Positions 31,542 through 41,275 of a stretch of DNA of 64,000 nucleotides are shown piece after piece. The notes below the pieces were generated by a model that searched no databases, was not told the DNA's origin, and saw only the letters and a list, made by a program, of their open reading frames with translations. The first letter of the stretch is position 1; each line of letters starts with the position of its first letter. Location of the stretch: assembly GCA_963691875.1 (NCBI GenBank), contig OY829846.1, positions 64,001 through 128,000 on the forward strand. Reading direction: 5' to 3'. The stretch comes from Aureliella sp. (GTDB lineage: Bacteria; Planctomycetota; Planctomycetia; Pirellulales; Pirellulaceae). Both the position numbers and the translations under genes were made by a program.

Positions 31542-32782
31542 TCAATTCATGCGCAGGGGTAGTTTGCGAAGAGTACGCATGCCGATGCGGCGGCTCCAGT
31601 CGATGTCGGTGTCAGGGATAGCAAGTTGTAGATTGGGGAAACGACGCAGTGAGCGTTCGAGCGCGATTGCGGCTTCTACTTTTGCGAGTTTCACTCCCAA
31701 ACAAATATGAACACCGGTTCCAAAGGTCATGTGGGGATTGGGGAAACGGGTGATGTCGAAGGTTTCAGGAGAATAGAACTTTTCGGGGTCGATGTTGGCA
31801 CTGCCAAATACTGCCGCGATTAGTTCGCCACGCCTGAGCTGAACATCGTGAAACTCGGTGTCGTGAATGACATAACGGGGCTTGGACATTTGGATGACAA
31901 AACCGAGACGCAGAATCTCATCAATGGCGGACGGCATCAAACTGGGATTTACCTCGACTAGCCTGCGTTGCTCGCGATTGAGCAGGAACATCACGAGCCC
32001 GTTGGAGATCAGGTGAACCGTCGTCTCGTGGCCAGCTGCAAGCAATACAAACGAAGTTGCAACGAGTTCATCGGAACTCAGTTTCTCACCTTCCGATTCT
32101 GCTTGAACGAGTTCTGATAGCAATCCGGGGCGTGGGTTCTTGCGAAACAGCTCAAATTGTTGCTCGAGATAGTTCATTACCTTTCGCAAATTGGGAAGCA
32201 TGCCGACAATTCCCAGCATGTTGCGAATCTCAGAGAACCCTTGAAACCATTTTGTGAACTTGGGGCGGTCTTCTTGTGGTAGCCCCAAGACTTCACAAAT
32301 TACAGCGAGTGGCAGTTGTCGGCAAAAAATATCCAACGCGTCCGCCGATTTGTCTTTGCTCTTCGAGGCTTGCTGCTCAAACTGGTCGAGCATTTGGTCA
32401 CAGATGGCTTGGATTCTCGGACGCAGTCCTTCCACCTTGCTTCGCAAGAACGCTTGGTCTGCGATTCCCCGCATGCGTCTATGTTCCTCTTGATCGTAGC
32501 CAGCATGTTGTTCGCGAGCCGCATGAACCTTTTCGGGACCCACCACGGTAGACCGGCAACACCGCGTTTGCCAACACGTCTCGGATCACGCCCGAATCTT
32601 TCTTGGTCACGCAAGACGGTATTGGCTGCATCCCACGAAGTAGCTAGCCACAGCTTGTTGAAGAAGAGTATTTTGGTTCGGCAAACAGGGCCATCAGCCA
32701 GCATCTGCTGATACATCGGAATGGGATTCCGGGCCGTGGCAAGGCTCGTCAGCGGATACTTATTGATAGCGGAGGTAGACAT
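31542..32782 (-). pseudogene. Cytochrome P450 split by a single frameshift
   Basis: N-terminal ORF 32300-32782 (..FMRLANNML) and C-terminal frame (GYDQEEHRRMR..AGHETT..DEILR..FGTGVHICLG) join if one G is added near 32500. Confidence 0.85.
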
Positions 32783-32841
32783 AAGCGGTTCAATTGAACG
32801 CGTAAAGTCTCAACACACTCGAAGGCGTCCTGACGCTATGA

Positions 32842-33885
32842 TCACTTGCAATCAACCCACTGACCTTTTTCGGCCGATTGTTGCAAGCACTGACAGATAT
32901 GAATCGCGTCGCGGGCTACAGCTCCACCCAACCGTGCTTCAACGCTGCCAGTTTCGATCGATCTCACAGCATCGTCAATCTCGGCAGCAAATGCCGAGAT
33001 TTCATCACCACTTTTCAGCTCGGGTTTCGACGAAACGCCGTCTTGGCCGAGCAGTAACAATGGCAGGATCTCGACATCTGAATTCAATGCTGCGAGCTCA
33101 AACTGCATTGCCGCTTTCTCAAACTGGATTTCGAAACCGTGGCAGAACGGTCGAGCAGTTTGGTTGCTCACTCCGCTACTAGTGCTAACCATCACACCGG
33201 AATCTTCAAACTCCATCAACGAGTAACAATACTTCACCAAGCCGTCTTGCATTTCGGCCGTACACATAACGCGGCTCGGCATGCCAAACAACAGACGAAC
33301 GAAATGAGTGTCATGGACATGCAGATCGATGAGCGGTCCGCCGACCTCGCTGGAGTCGTAGAAGTTGGGAATCCAGGCTGGAGGGGAGATCACGCGCTTC
33401 AGATGAGCTCGTTTAGGCTGGCCGTACGTTCCAGCACCGGCGGCGCGATATGCAAATTGATATTCGCCCATGTAGGGAAGAACTTGAGCAACCAAGACCT
33501 GTTTTCCCGCCTTTTGAGCGGCTTCGAGAATTGTGTCGCAGTCGGCCGTGTTTAATCCCAAAGGTTTTTCGCAAAGCACATGTTTGCCAGCGGCCAAGGC
33601 GCGGCATGCTGCGTCAACGTGCAGGTTCGGTGGCAAGCATATGTCTACCAAATCGATTTTGGGGTCGTCCAAGATTCCGTCGAGCGTCTCGTAGACATCG
33701 AGGTTCTCTACTGAAATCTGCTCGCCCGGAGGCCCAAAGTTGCCTTTGATGCTGGTCCAGTCGCCGGCTCGCTTGTCGGAATTTCGCGAGCAGAAAGCAG
33801 CAAGCTCTGCTGATTGCGAACGTTGGTAAGCGAGATAGTGAATCCAGCCCATAAAACCGACACCAACAATCGCACTTTTCAACAT
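32842..33885 (-). CDS. Gfo/Idh/MocA family oxidoreductase
   Basis: AIVGVGFMG, HVLCEKP and DLHVHD. Confidence 0.9.
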   Translation of the reverse strand: MLKSAIVGVGFMGWIHYLAYQRSQSAELAAFCSRNSDKRAGDWTSIKGNFGPPGEQISVENLDVYETLDGILDDPKIDLVDICLPPNLHVDAACRALAAGKHVLCEKPLGLNTADCDTILEAAQKAGKQVLVAQVLPYMGEYQFAYRAAGAGTYGQPKRAHLKRVISPPAWIPNFYDSSEVGGPLIDLHVHDTHFVRLLFGMPSRVMCTAEMQDGLVKYCYSLMEFEDSGVMVSTSSGVSNQTARPFCHGFEIQFEKAAMQFELAALNSDVEILPLLLLGQDGVSSKPELKSGDEISAFAAEIDDAVRSIETGSVEARLGGAVARDAIHICQCLQQSAEKGQWVDCK

Positions 33886-34104
33886 TTTCCGCCACTCGCA
33901 CTCGTACAGACAACATTCATTGCGTTAAACCACATGGGCCGGCCAAATGGCAACGCGTTCAGGTTCATGATTCTCGCAAGGACCGGCTTTCTTTACAACT
34001 CGACTGAACACACAAAGCGAGTTTCCACAGCTAGACTGGAAACAAGTGCGTTCTGGGCGGTACAATCCCACGGCACCCTTGCCCAGATTTGACCAGGATA
34101 CGGA

Positions 34105-34875
34105 ATGAATACCTCGCCAAGGAATACTTTTGCAATGAAAAACGTGATCTACCTTTCCGCTACGCTCGCTGCGATCCTGCTCTATGGAAGTGCTTCGGCG
34201 CAGGAAACGGGTACTCTACCCATGGCGTTGAAGCCTGAAGTGCAGACGGCTAAGTGGGCGCAGAGCTGGTGGATGCCTCGGCATGAAGCCAAGCTGAAAG
34301 AACGCAAGGAGATGAAGCAAATCGACTTGCTAATGATTGGCGACTCAATCACGCACGGTTGGGAAAACAACGGCAGAGAAATGTGGGCGAAGTACTACGC
34401 TCCTCGTAATGCTCTCAACATCGGCTTCAGCGGTGATCGAACCGAGCAAGTGCTTTGGCGATTTGAGCATGGTGAGATTGACGATATCAACCCCAAGCTA
34501 GCTGTGATCATGATCGGGACGAACAATACCGGCCACCGCCAAGACCCTCCGAAGGATACGGCGGCTGGTGTTGAAGCGATCATTGAGCAGTTACATCAGA
34601 AACACCCCAAGACAAAAGTCCTATTGTTGGCAATCTTTCCGCGAGGGGCAAAGCCAGACGACAAGCTTCGGAAGATCAACGACGAAATCAACCAGCTGCT
34701 CGCGAAGATGGCAGACGAAGAAAAAGTTTTCTACTTGGACCTAGCCGATTCCTTCTTGGGTGACGACGGCACGCTACCAAAGAGCATCATGCCCGACCTG
34801 CTACACCCCAACAAAAAAGGTTACCAGATCTGGGCGGAGGCGATGGAGCCGATGATTGCGAGGCTGATGAAGTAG
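34105..34875 (+). CDS. GDSL/SGNH hydrolase (PAF-AH IB-like), exported
   Basis: IGDSIT, GFSGDRT, IGTNN and DLLHP; start may be 34135. Confidence 0.9.
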   Translation: MNTSPRNTFAMKNVIYLSATLAAILLYGSASAQETGTLPMALKPEVQTAKWAQSWWMPRHEAKLKERKEMKQIDLLMIGDSITHGWENNGREMWAKYYAPRNALNIGFSGDRTEQVLWRFEHGEIDDINPKLAVIMIGTNNTGHRQDPPKDTAAGVEAIIEQLHQKHPKTKVLLLAIFPRGAKPDDKLRKINDEINQLLAKMADEEKVFYLDLADSFLGDDGTLPKSIMPDLLHPNKKGYQIWAEAMEPMIARLMK

Positions 34876-34885
34876 CGCTTAGTCG

Positions 34886-36103
34886 CTAATTGGCGGCTTC
34901 CTCTTGAACTCGGTCGACGATATGTCGGCCGATTTCGAGTGATGCCGTCGCTGCTGGGCTAGGTGCGTTACAAACATGCACCATATTTTGCCCTGTTACC
35001 CATAAGAAGTCATCCACCATCGATCCATCGGGTGTAAGAGCTTGTGCTCGGACGCCCGCGCGGCACGGCTTTAGATCCGCCGCCTGAATTTCTGGAATGA
35101 GTCGCTGCAGTGCTCTGACAAAAGCCGCTTTAGACAGCGATCGGTGCACCTCCCCGAGACCCATTCGCCAATGTGCGAAGGCGAGTTTTAGAAAACCACC
35201 ATAAGTCAAAGATTCGGCTAACTCACCGGGGTGAATCTTTCCCCAAGAGTAGCCTTCTCGAGCGAGGGCGAAAACCGCGTTTGGTCCACACTCGACGTCG
35301 CCACCTACCATGCGTGTGAAGTGAACTCCCAGGAACGGAAAATTTGGGTCAGGCACGGGATAGATCAAGTGGCGACAGAGGTCGCGCCGGCTCTCGACTA
35401 GCTCAAAATACTCGCCGCGAAACGGGACGATCTTTGCTGGCGGATTCAATCCTGCTTTCCTAGCAAGTCGATCGCTATATAGGCCTGCGCAGGAGACCAA
35501 GAAACCAGCTCGACAGGACCCAGTTTTGGTTTTCACTTCTACTTCATTGTTTGAAGCGACGATGTCCTCTACTTTGCAGCCCATGAGAACGTTGTGCCCG
35601 GCTTCGGTGAGCAATTGCGATAGCCGTTCGCAAACCGCTGGATAATCAACGATCCCCGCTTCTGGAACAAGGATCGCTTTGACACCTCGCACGTTTGGCT
35701 CGCGTTCCTTCAATTGCTTCTCGTCGATGATCTCACATCGAATTCCATTTTCGCGGCCGCGAGAGTAAATATTGTCGAGTCGCTGTACCTCTTCATCGTC
35801 TACCGCAACGATTACTTTGCCGCAGTTTTCGAAAGCGATCTCGTGCTCGCGGCAAAATGCTTCCATTGCCAATTTGCCTTCGCGGCAAGTCGTGGCTTTC
35901 AAGGATCCAGGCTTGTAGTAGATTCCTGAGTGCAGGACTCCGGAATTTCGACCTGACTGATGCGCTGCTAGCTTTGGTTCTTTCTCGATGACTCTAATAC
36001 TTGCATCTGGGAATCTTTGGCTTATCTGCCATGCAGTTGCGAGGCCCACAATGCCGCCACCGACGACAATGAAATCAGAATGTTGATCAGAATGGGTAGA
36101 CAT
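34886..36103 (-). CDS. lhgO: L-2-hydroxyglutarate oxidase
   Basis: VGGGIVG, HQSGRNSGVLHSGIYY, IYPVPDP, FLGVHFT and CNAPSPAATASL. Confidence 0.9.
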   Translation of the reverse strand: MSTHSDQHSDFIVVGGGIVGLATAWQISQRFPDASIRVIEKEPKLAAHQSGRNSGVLHSGIYYKPGSLKATTCREGKLAMEAFCREHEIAFENCGKVIVAVDDEEVQRLDNIYSRGRENGIRCEIIDEKQLKEREPNVRGVKAILVPEAGIVDYPAVCERLSQLLTEAGHNVLMGCKVEDIVASNNEVEVKTKTGSCRAGFLVSCAGLYSDRLARKAGLNPPAKIVPFRGEYFELVESRRDLCRHLIYPVPDPNFPFLGVHFTRMVGGDVECGPNAVFALAREGYSWGKIHPGELAESLTYGGFLKLAFAHWRMGLGEVHRSLSKAAFVRALQRLIPEIQAADLKPCRAGVRAQALTPDGSMVDDFLWVTGQNMVHVCNAPSPAATASLEIGRHIVDRVQEEAAN

Positions 36104-36106
36104 GAC

Positions 36107-38044
36107 TTAGAATGGCCAGATGAGTGGGATCAGAACTACAGCGAAACTGCCGATAAGCAGAGTGAATGGCAACCCTGCACGAAGATAATCTTTGGGACGA
36201 TATCCGCCAGGGCCCATTACCATCAGGTTTGTTTGATAGCCGATTGGCGAAACGAAGCTTAACGAAGCGGCGAGCGTAACGGTAATAATGAAGGGACGCG
36301 GATCCACTTGTAGGTTGCTCGCCATGCCAAAGGCGATCGAAATCATGAGAGCAGCAACTGCCACGTTACTGATTATCTCCGTAAAAATGACTGTGATGAG
36401 AAACAGAGCAGAGAGTGCGGAGTACGGATTGCTCCCAATCGCACTTACGACTGCCCAAGCAACTGTGTCCGCCGCACCGCAAAGGTGTACAGCACGGCCG
36501 ACGCCTATCGCAGCGCCAATCGTCAGCAGCATGGGAACGTCGATCGCATTCCTTGCGTTGGAAGTGGATAAACAACCGGTCACTATCATCCCCATCGCCG
36601 CGACAAAAATGGCTGCCGATGGAGAAGTCCAAAATGAAGGAACGTCGGTACCGTACAGCGGAGTTAGCCAAGTTTTCAGCCAAGGCATGCACAGGAGCCA
36701 GCCAATAAGCGCAATCGTAATGGAACTCGCGAGAAGCATCTTTCCTGGTCTTCTCTCTTCGATTTCGTCAACGCCGCTGACGAGATAAAAGTCTGGCCTG
36801 TTGCGAAAGTTACGTATGAATCCGGGAGCAGCCTGAAGCAGAAGCGTATCACCTGCTTGCATCTTGATATCGCCAATCTTCGTCTGCAATCGTTCACCAT
36901 TGCGATGCACCGCAATGACGGCTGCATTGTACAGCCTGCGAAAGTTGGCATTGCGAATGGTGCTGCCCAATAGAGGTGAAGAGGGGCTCAGAACCACCTC
37001 GGCGAGACTGCGATTGCTGTCTGGATTGGGTTCGAACTCGGCAGTCAAATCGCTGGCGGGAACCAGACCACGCACTTTCTTTAAGTCGACGATGCTAGAC
37101 AATATGCCAGTGAATAGTAAACGGTCGCCTTCCTTGAGCCGCGCTGACGGCGAGACGGGGTAGAAGACATCGCCGTCTCGATCGAGTTCGACGAGAAACA
37201 GACCAGGCAAATGCCTGAGTCCCCCCTGCTCCACTGTCTTGCCAATCAACGGACACTCGTCCATCACGACCATTTCGACCAAATACTCTCGTCGCTGGTC
37301 TTCTAGACTGCCTAGCATTTCGGTGCGGTTGGGCAGCAGCCTTCTTCCTAGCAGCAACAGCATAACGGCGCCGAGAAGGGCACAGGGTATTCCAATTTTC
37401 GAGATCTCGAACATCGACATGGGAGCAAAGGAGGCCCTGTATTCCCGAAGCCAGTTGCGATCGTACTTGTTCAAGATGGACTCAGCACGAAACTGCTGTT
37501 CCGCGTCAAGTTGTACCAACTCGCCATCGATCTGATTCAAGGTTTCGTTTACGAGGAGATTCGTGCTGGTGCCAACGAGAGTGCACGTGCCGCCAAGAAT
37601 GGCCATGTAGCTGATCGGCAGCAATAATCGCGAGGGGCTGATACTGTGCCTTCGGCACCACTGAACAACCTGTGGCATCAGCATCGCAACGATTGCCGTG
37701 TTGAGTAGGAAGGCACTGCCCGCACCGACCGCTGCGACCAAACGAAACATAGCCAAGCCTTCGGATCGAACAGAGCCCAACAAGACTCTGCCCAGATGAT
37801 CCAGCACACCCGAGGTTTGTAAGCCCGCGGTCACCACCAAGAGGCTACCAATCGCAATCACCGTACCATTCGCGAAGCCCTCCCACGCTTGGCTTGGTTC
37901 GATCAGTCCGCAGAAGACAAACAAGCCGAGGGCAAGACTGAACAGGATCTCCAGCGGCGCGCTCCGCCTCACATACAATACAGTGAATACAGCGACGATG
38001 GTCGACAGAGCTATCAGGATTTGAATCGATTGATTCTGAAACAC
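36107..38044 (-). CDS. SLC13/CitMHS-family permease with TrkA-C domains
   Basis: GGTCTLVGTSTNL, two RCK_C-like soluble domains, and SPIGYQTNLMVMGPGGY. Confidence 0.9.
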   Translation of the reverse strand: MFQNQSIQILIALSTIVAVFTVLYVRRSAPLEILFSLALGLFVFCGLIEPSQAWEGFANGTVIAIGSLLVVTAGLQTSGVLDHLGRVLLGSVRSEGLAMFRLVAAVGAGSAFLLNTAIVAMLMPQVVQWCRRHSISPSRLLLPISYMAILGGTCTLVGTSTNLLVNETLNQIDGELVQLDAEQQFRAESILNKYDRNWLREYRASFAPMSMFEISKIGIPCALLGAVMLLLLGRRLLPNRTEMLGSLEDQRREYLVEMVVMDECPLIGKTVEQGGLRHLPGLFLVELDRDGDVFYPVSPSARLKEGDRLLFTGILSSIVDLKKVRGLVPASDLTAEFEPNPDSNRSLAEVVLSPSSPLLGSTIRNANFRRLYNAAVIAVHRNGERLQTKIGDIKMQAGDTLLLQAAPGFIRNFRNRPDFYLVSGVDEIEERRPGKMLLASSITIALIGWLLCMPWLKTWLTPLYGTDVPSFWTSPSAAIFVAAMGMIVTGCLSTSNARNAIDVPMLLTIGAAIGVGRAVHLCGAADTVAWAVVSAIGSNPYSALSALFLITVIFTEIISNVAVAALMISIAFGMASNLQVDPRPFIITVTLAASLSFVSPIGYQTNLMVMGPGGYRPKDYLRAGLPFTLLIGSFAVVLIPLIWPF

Positions 38045-38548
38045 GTTGGTTCTGTTCGCTTTGGTACAAGCTGCTTACTCTATGCCAATTTAATCCAAGC
38101 AGTCTAGAAGTCGCGTCTCCAGGCGAACTTTCACACTGGTTCCCACTTGTAAGTTGGTGGTCGGACGAATTGAACTCTAATAGAGGATTCAGGCTGTTTC
38201 CAATGGGTAGAGCTTCCGATCGACTTTGCTCCATTCCTGCAGTTTTTGCGGTCGAAGCATACGAGCTTAGCATAACCCGTGGCTTCGCTTCGGCCGTCAT
38301 GCCAGCGCAAATCCCTACAATCGTCATCGGCAGAGCAGCAAGAAATAGCGGTAGGAATGTTCTAGAAAGAGTCTTTGAGCGGTCTGCCCTAAGGAGTTTG
38401 TAACTTCTAGGTAAAAGGACCGAATAGCGAATCCAGGTAAGTTCGATAAGTTCTTCCGACAGGCAAAGACTGAACGCTCCGTTGCCCGTTTCAGTCAATT
38501 TTCTCCTACCAAATTCAACTTTCGCCTTGCCCCACAAGGAGCAATCTC

Positions 38549-39631
38549 TTGTTGAAAACGAGCCTCATACGCATCGTCCTCCGCGTCGCCTTCACCACGC
38601 TGGTGACGAGCAATTTGACACTCAAGCTAGCCGCCCATGACCATCTTGAAGCTCATTGGTCGAACGAACATATCAAAACATCATGCTTCACATGTGAGTC
38701 GGACTTGACGCCCGATGTCGCCTCGAAAACAAAGGCTTGGCGACACTCCCTCTCCTCGAGCTACAACTTGCTGCGTAATGGGGTAAGCCGACTGCAAAAC
38801 CTTTTTGAATATCTCCAACCGTTTGAACTCGCCGCCAAACTGGCGTCGCAGATTCCGACTCAACCTGCTGACCGCCAGAATGAGCTTGTCGTGAGCAAGC
38901 CTTTGGAGGGATTTGCGCCGCGACCGAAGGCGAAGCCTCTACAGCTAAACTATCTCTACGCGACGCATGTTGGTAATTGGGATGAACCCTACTTGCCATA
39001 TGACCTAGCGGCAAGGGACCGGCATTTCGGCACTCGACTTGAACTTCTCGCGATTCGCGAAAGTGCACCTGAAGTAAGTAGTGAAGCAGACTTTGCTCCC
39101 ACAGAAGAACAAGATCTATTATCTCGATTTGTCGCATTCGCGAAGGAACGATTGCTTGATCCTCAGTGGGCGAGTTTCAAGCGGAAGATCGAGGGGCAGG
39201 CGGAGTCGATCCTCGCGAGCGTGCAGTCACATGGTCTACGAGTGTTTGAAGGTCGGAGTGCGCCGGAAACTAGTAAGCCTTATTTTGAACAGCCTAGTTT
39301 CGTCTTTCTCGAGCTCGAGGACGGAAAACAGCTGCTGTTGAAAGTGGAGGACGCGTTGCGATGGAGTTTCTTTCAACAGCACGAGTCTGTTGCGGTAGAA
39401 TCTGCTTCCGGCACCGAAGGAGATCTGTTCGCTGCCCTGATAGGCATCATCTCAAAAGTGAACAAAGAATTGAAAGAGATGGCCGGATTCAGCGTGCAAA
39501 AATTGAAATGCGGCTGGTCAAATGTTCGCGATGGCATTGAAAGTTGGTCGGCGGGTTTGGAGACGCTGACTCAACAAATGCGAATGGCAACCCAAGTTCG
39601 CTTTTACCGCGGGACACGTTGCCTTCGGTAG
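38549..39631 (+). CDS. Hypothetical protein (possible signal peptide)
   Basis: 360-aa ORF filling the gap, AAGGAG upstream of the TTG start; no recognisable domain. Confidence 0.6.
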   Translation: MLKTSLIRIVLRVAFTTLVTSNLTLKLAAHDHLEAHWSNEHIKTSCFTCESDLTPDVASKTKAWRHSLSSSYNLLRNGVSRLQNLFEYLQPFELAAKLASQIPTQPADRQNELVVSKPLEGFAPRPKAKPLQLNYLYATHVGNWDEPYLPYDLAARDRHFGTRLELLAIRESAPEVSSEADFAPTEEQDLLSRFVAFAKERLLDPQWASFKRKIEGQAESILASVQSHGLRVFEGRSAPETSKPYFEQPSFVFLELEDGKQLLLKVEDALRWSFFQQHESVAVESASGTEGDLFAALIGIISKVNKELKEMAGFSVQKLKCGWSNVRDGIESWSAGLETLTQQMRMATQVRFYRGTRCLR

Positions 39632-39807
39632 GTTTCAAACCCGCAACTCGGCTCAGAGACCCTGGATGAGCCGACCACGATGATGCCACAGATGTGGCAT
39701 GCAGACACGCCCTCCCCATCCGTGTCGGCCTCTCCCTAAATGTAGCTCAAGCGGGCCAGAATTGATCCGTGGCAATTCTGGCCCGCTTTGTCGGTTTGAG
39801 CGCCGGA

Positions 39808-40140
39808 TTATTGTCCAGCGTCCCCATCCTTCTCGCCGCCATGTGCTCCGGCGTCATCGTCACCTTCGGCGTGTCCCTTACCGTGGTCGTCTCCGTCATG
39901 GTCATGGCCCTTGCCTTCTGCCTTCCCGTGCTCGCCATCGTCCTCGTCATGCCCTTCTCCCTCGGCATGGTCATCTCCATGATCGTGGCCGTGATCTCCG
40001 TGGTCGTGCTCGCCGTGATCGTCCTCGCCGTGGGCTTCGCCACCGTTCGGAGTTACGGACTCGGGAGATTCCGCAGGACCTGGGTCGCAACCCAACTGAA
40101 AGGCAGCAAGCAGTGCAATCAAAAGTCCGAAGTAACGCAT
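39808..40140 (-). CDS. His/Asp/Gly-rich lipoprotein
   Basis: Signal peptide with lipobox-like LGC, then low-complexity HGEDDHGEHDHGDHGHDHG. Confidence 0.75.
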   Translation of the reverse strand: MRYFGLLIALLAAFQLGCDPGPAESPESVTPNGGEAHGEDDHGEHDHGDHGHDHGDDHAEGEGHDEDDGEHGKAEGKGHDHDGDDHGKGHAEGDDDAGAHGGEKDGDAGQ

Positions 40141-40387
40141 TTTCTATTCTCTCGTATGGGTTGGAAATCAATCAACGGTTCGTCACAAGTGAGTGGTCAC
40201 GTACGTCTGATTATAGGGTTGCGAGCTGGTTTGTGCAGAGACAACGGTCGCATTTTGCAGGGCAGGCATTGACTCACAAGTAAGTGAGCAGAACGCGGTA
40301 GTTAAAGCCCTCTGCATTTCTGCAGCGGGCCTGGCATGCCGAAGCACGTAAGAAAAATACTGAGGCATATCTCAGGATGCGGAGTAT

Positions 40388-41116
40388 CTAAAGCGTTTGC
40401 ATTTGTGTAACTGCCTCTGCGGCTTCTTCAGAATCAGTTGTATCGCAAACGACTTCGCCGTCACGCATCACGATATTGCGCCGCGCATTACGAGCAACAG
40501 CCAAATCGTGAGTTACAAGAATGACGGTAAGATTCTTTTCGCGATTGAGCTTCTCAAACAACTCAATGACTTCTCGGCTGGTCTTCGTATCGAGATTTCC
40601 CGTGGGCTCGTCACCCATCAAGATGTTCGGGTTAGTAGAAAGTGCTCGAGCAATGGCGACGCGTTGCTGCTGTCCGCCGGAGAGCTGTCCAGGGTGGTGA
40701 TCCATACGATCGCCGAGACCAACCAAATCCAGCATCTCGGAGGCAACACTACGCCGCTTCCGCTGAGACTTGGTCGCGCCGTAGAGCAACGGGAGCTCGA
40801 CATTTTCGAGTGCTGAAGTACGAGCCAACAAATTGAAGTTCTGAAAGACAAAACCAATCTGGCGATTGCGGATGCGCGCTCTTGCGTCTCGTGACATCGG
40901 CACGACGTTGCTGCCGTCAAGAAAATAGTCGCCTTGCGTGGGGCGATCGAGGCAGCCTAGCGTGTTCATGAGCGTCGATTTGCCGGAGCCTGAGGGCCCG
41001 ATCAACGCGACGTATTCGCCTTTTTCGATTGAAAGCGTGACACCGCGCAGGGCGTGTACCTCCATCTCGCCCATGCGATACACTTTGGCAACATCAGTTA
41101 GTTCAATCAATGCCAT
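40388..41116 (-). CDS. ABC transporter ATP-binding protein (MacB/LolD-like)
   Basis: GPSGSGKST, LSGGQQQRV, DEPTGNLD and VTHD. Confidence 0.95.
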   Translation of the reverse strand: MALIELTDVAKVYRMGEMEVHALRGVTLSIEKGEYVALIGPSGSGKSTLMNTLGCLDRPTQGDYFLDGSNVVPMSRDARARIRNRQIGFVFQNFNLLARTSALENVELPLLYGATKSQRKRRSVASEMLDLVGLGDRMDHHPGQLSGGQQQRVAIARALSTNPNILMGDEPTGNLDTKTSREVIELFEKLNREKNLTVILVTHDLAVARNARRNIVMRDGEVVCDTTDSEEAAEAVTQMQTL

Positions 41117-41275
41117 GGTGCACTTTCAATCAGGGCGATCTCGGGGCAATTCGCAAGCTTGTGGCCCGTCAATGCGAGCTTGCTTCTACCTTCGGAATTG
41201 AAGACTACTGCAGATTGTCACTCAAACTTTCGATCAGAGCTACTCGGGTAAGGAGTCTTGGAGGTTTCTTCTTCG

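Noticed and set aside
37845..38537. 230-aa minus-strand ORF overlapping the permease start
   Set aside because: Out-of-frame overlap with a well-supported gene and no protein-like features.
39769..40272. 167-aa hydrophobic plus-strand ORF
   Set aside because: Antisense shadow of the His/Asp-rich lipoprotein: CAC/GAC/CAT codons read as Val/Met on the other strand.
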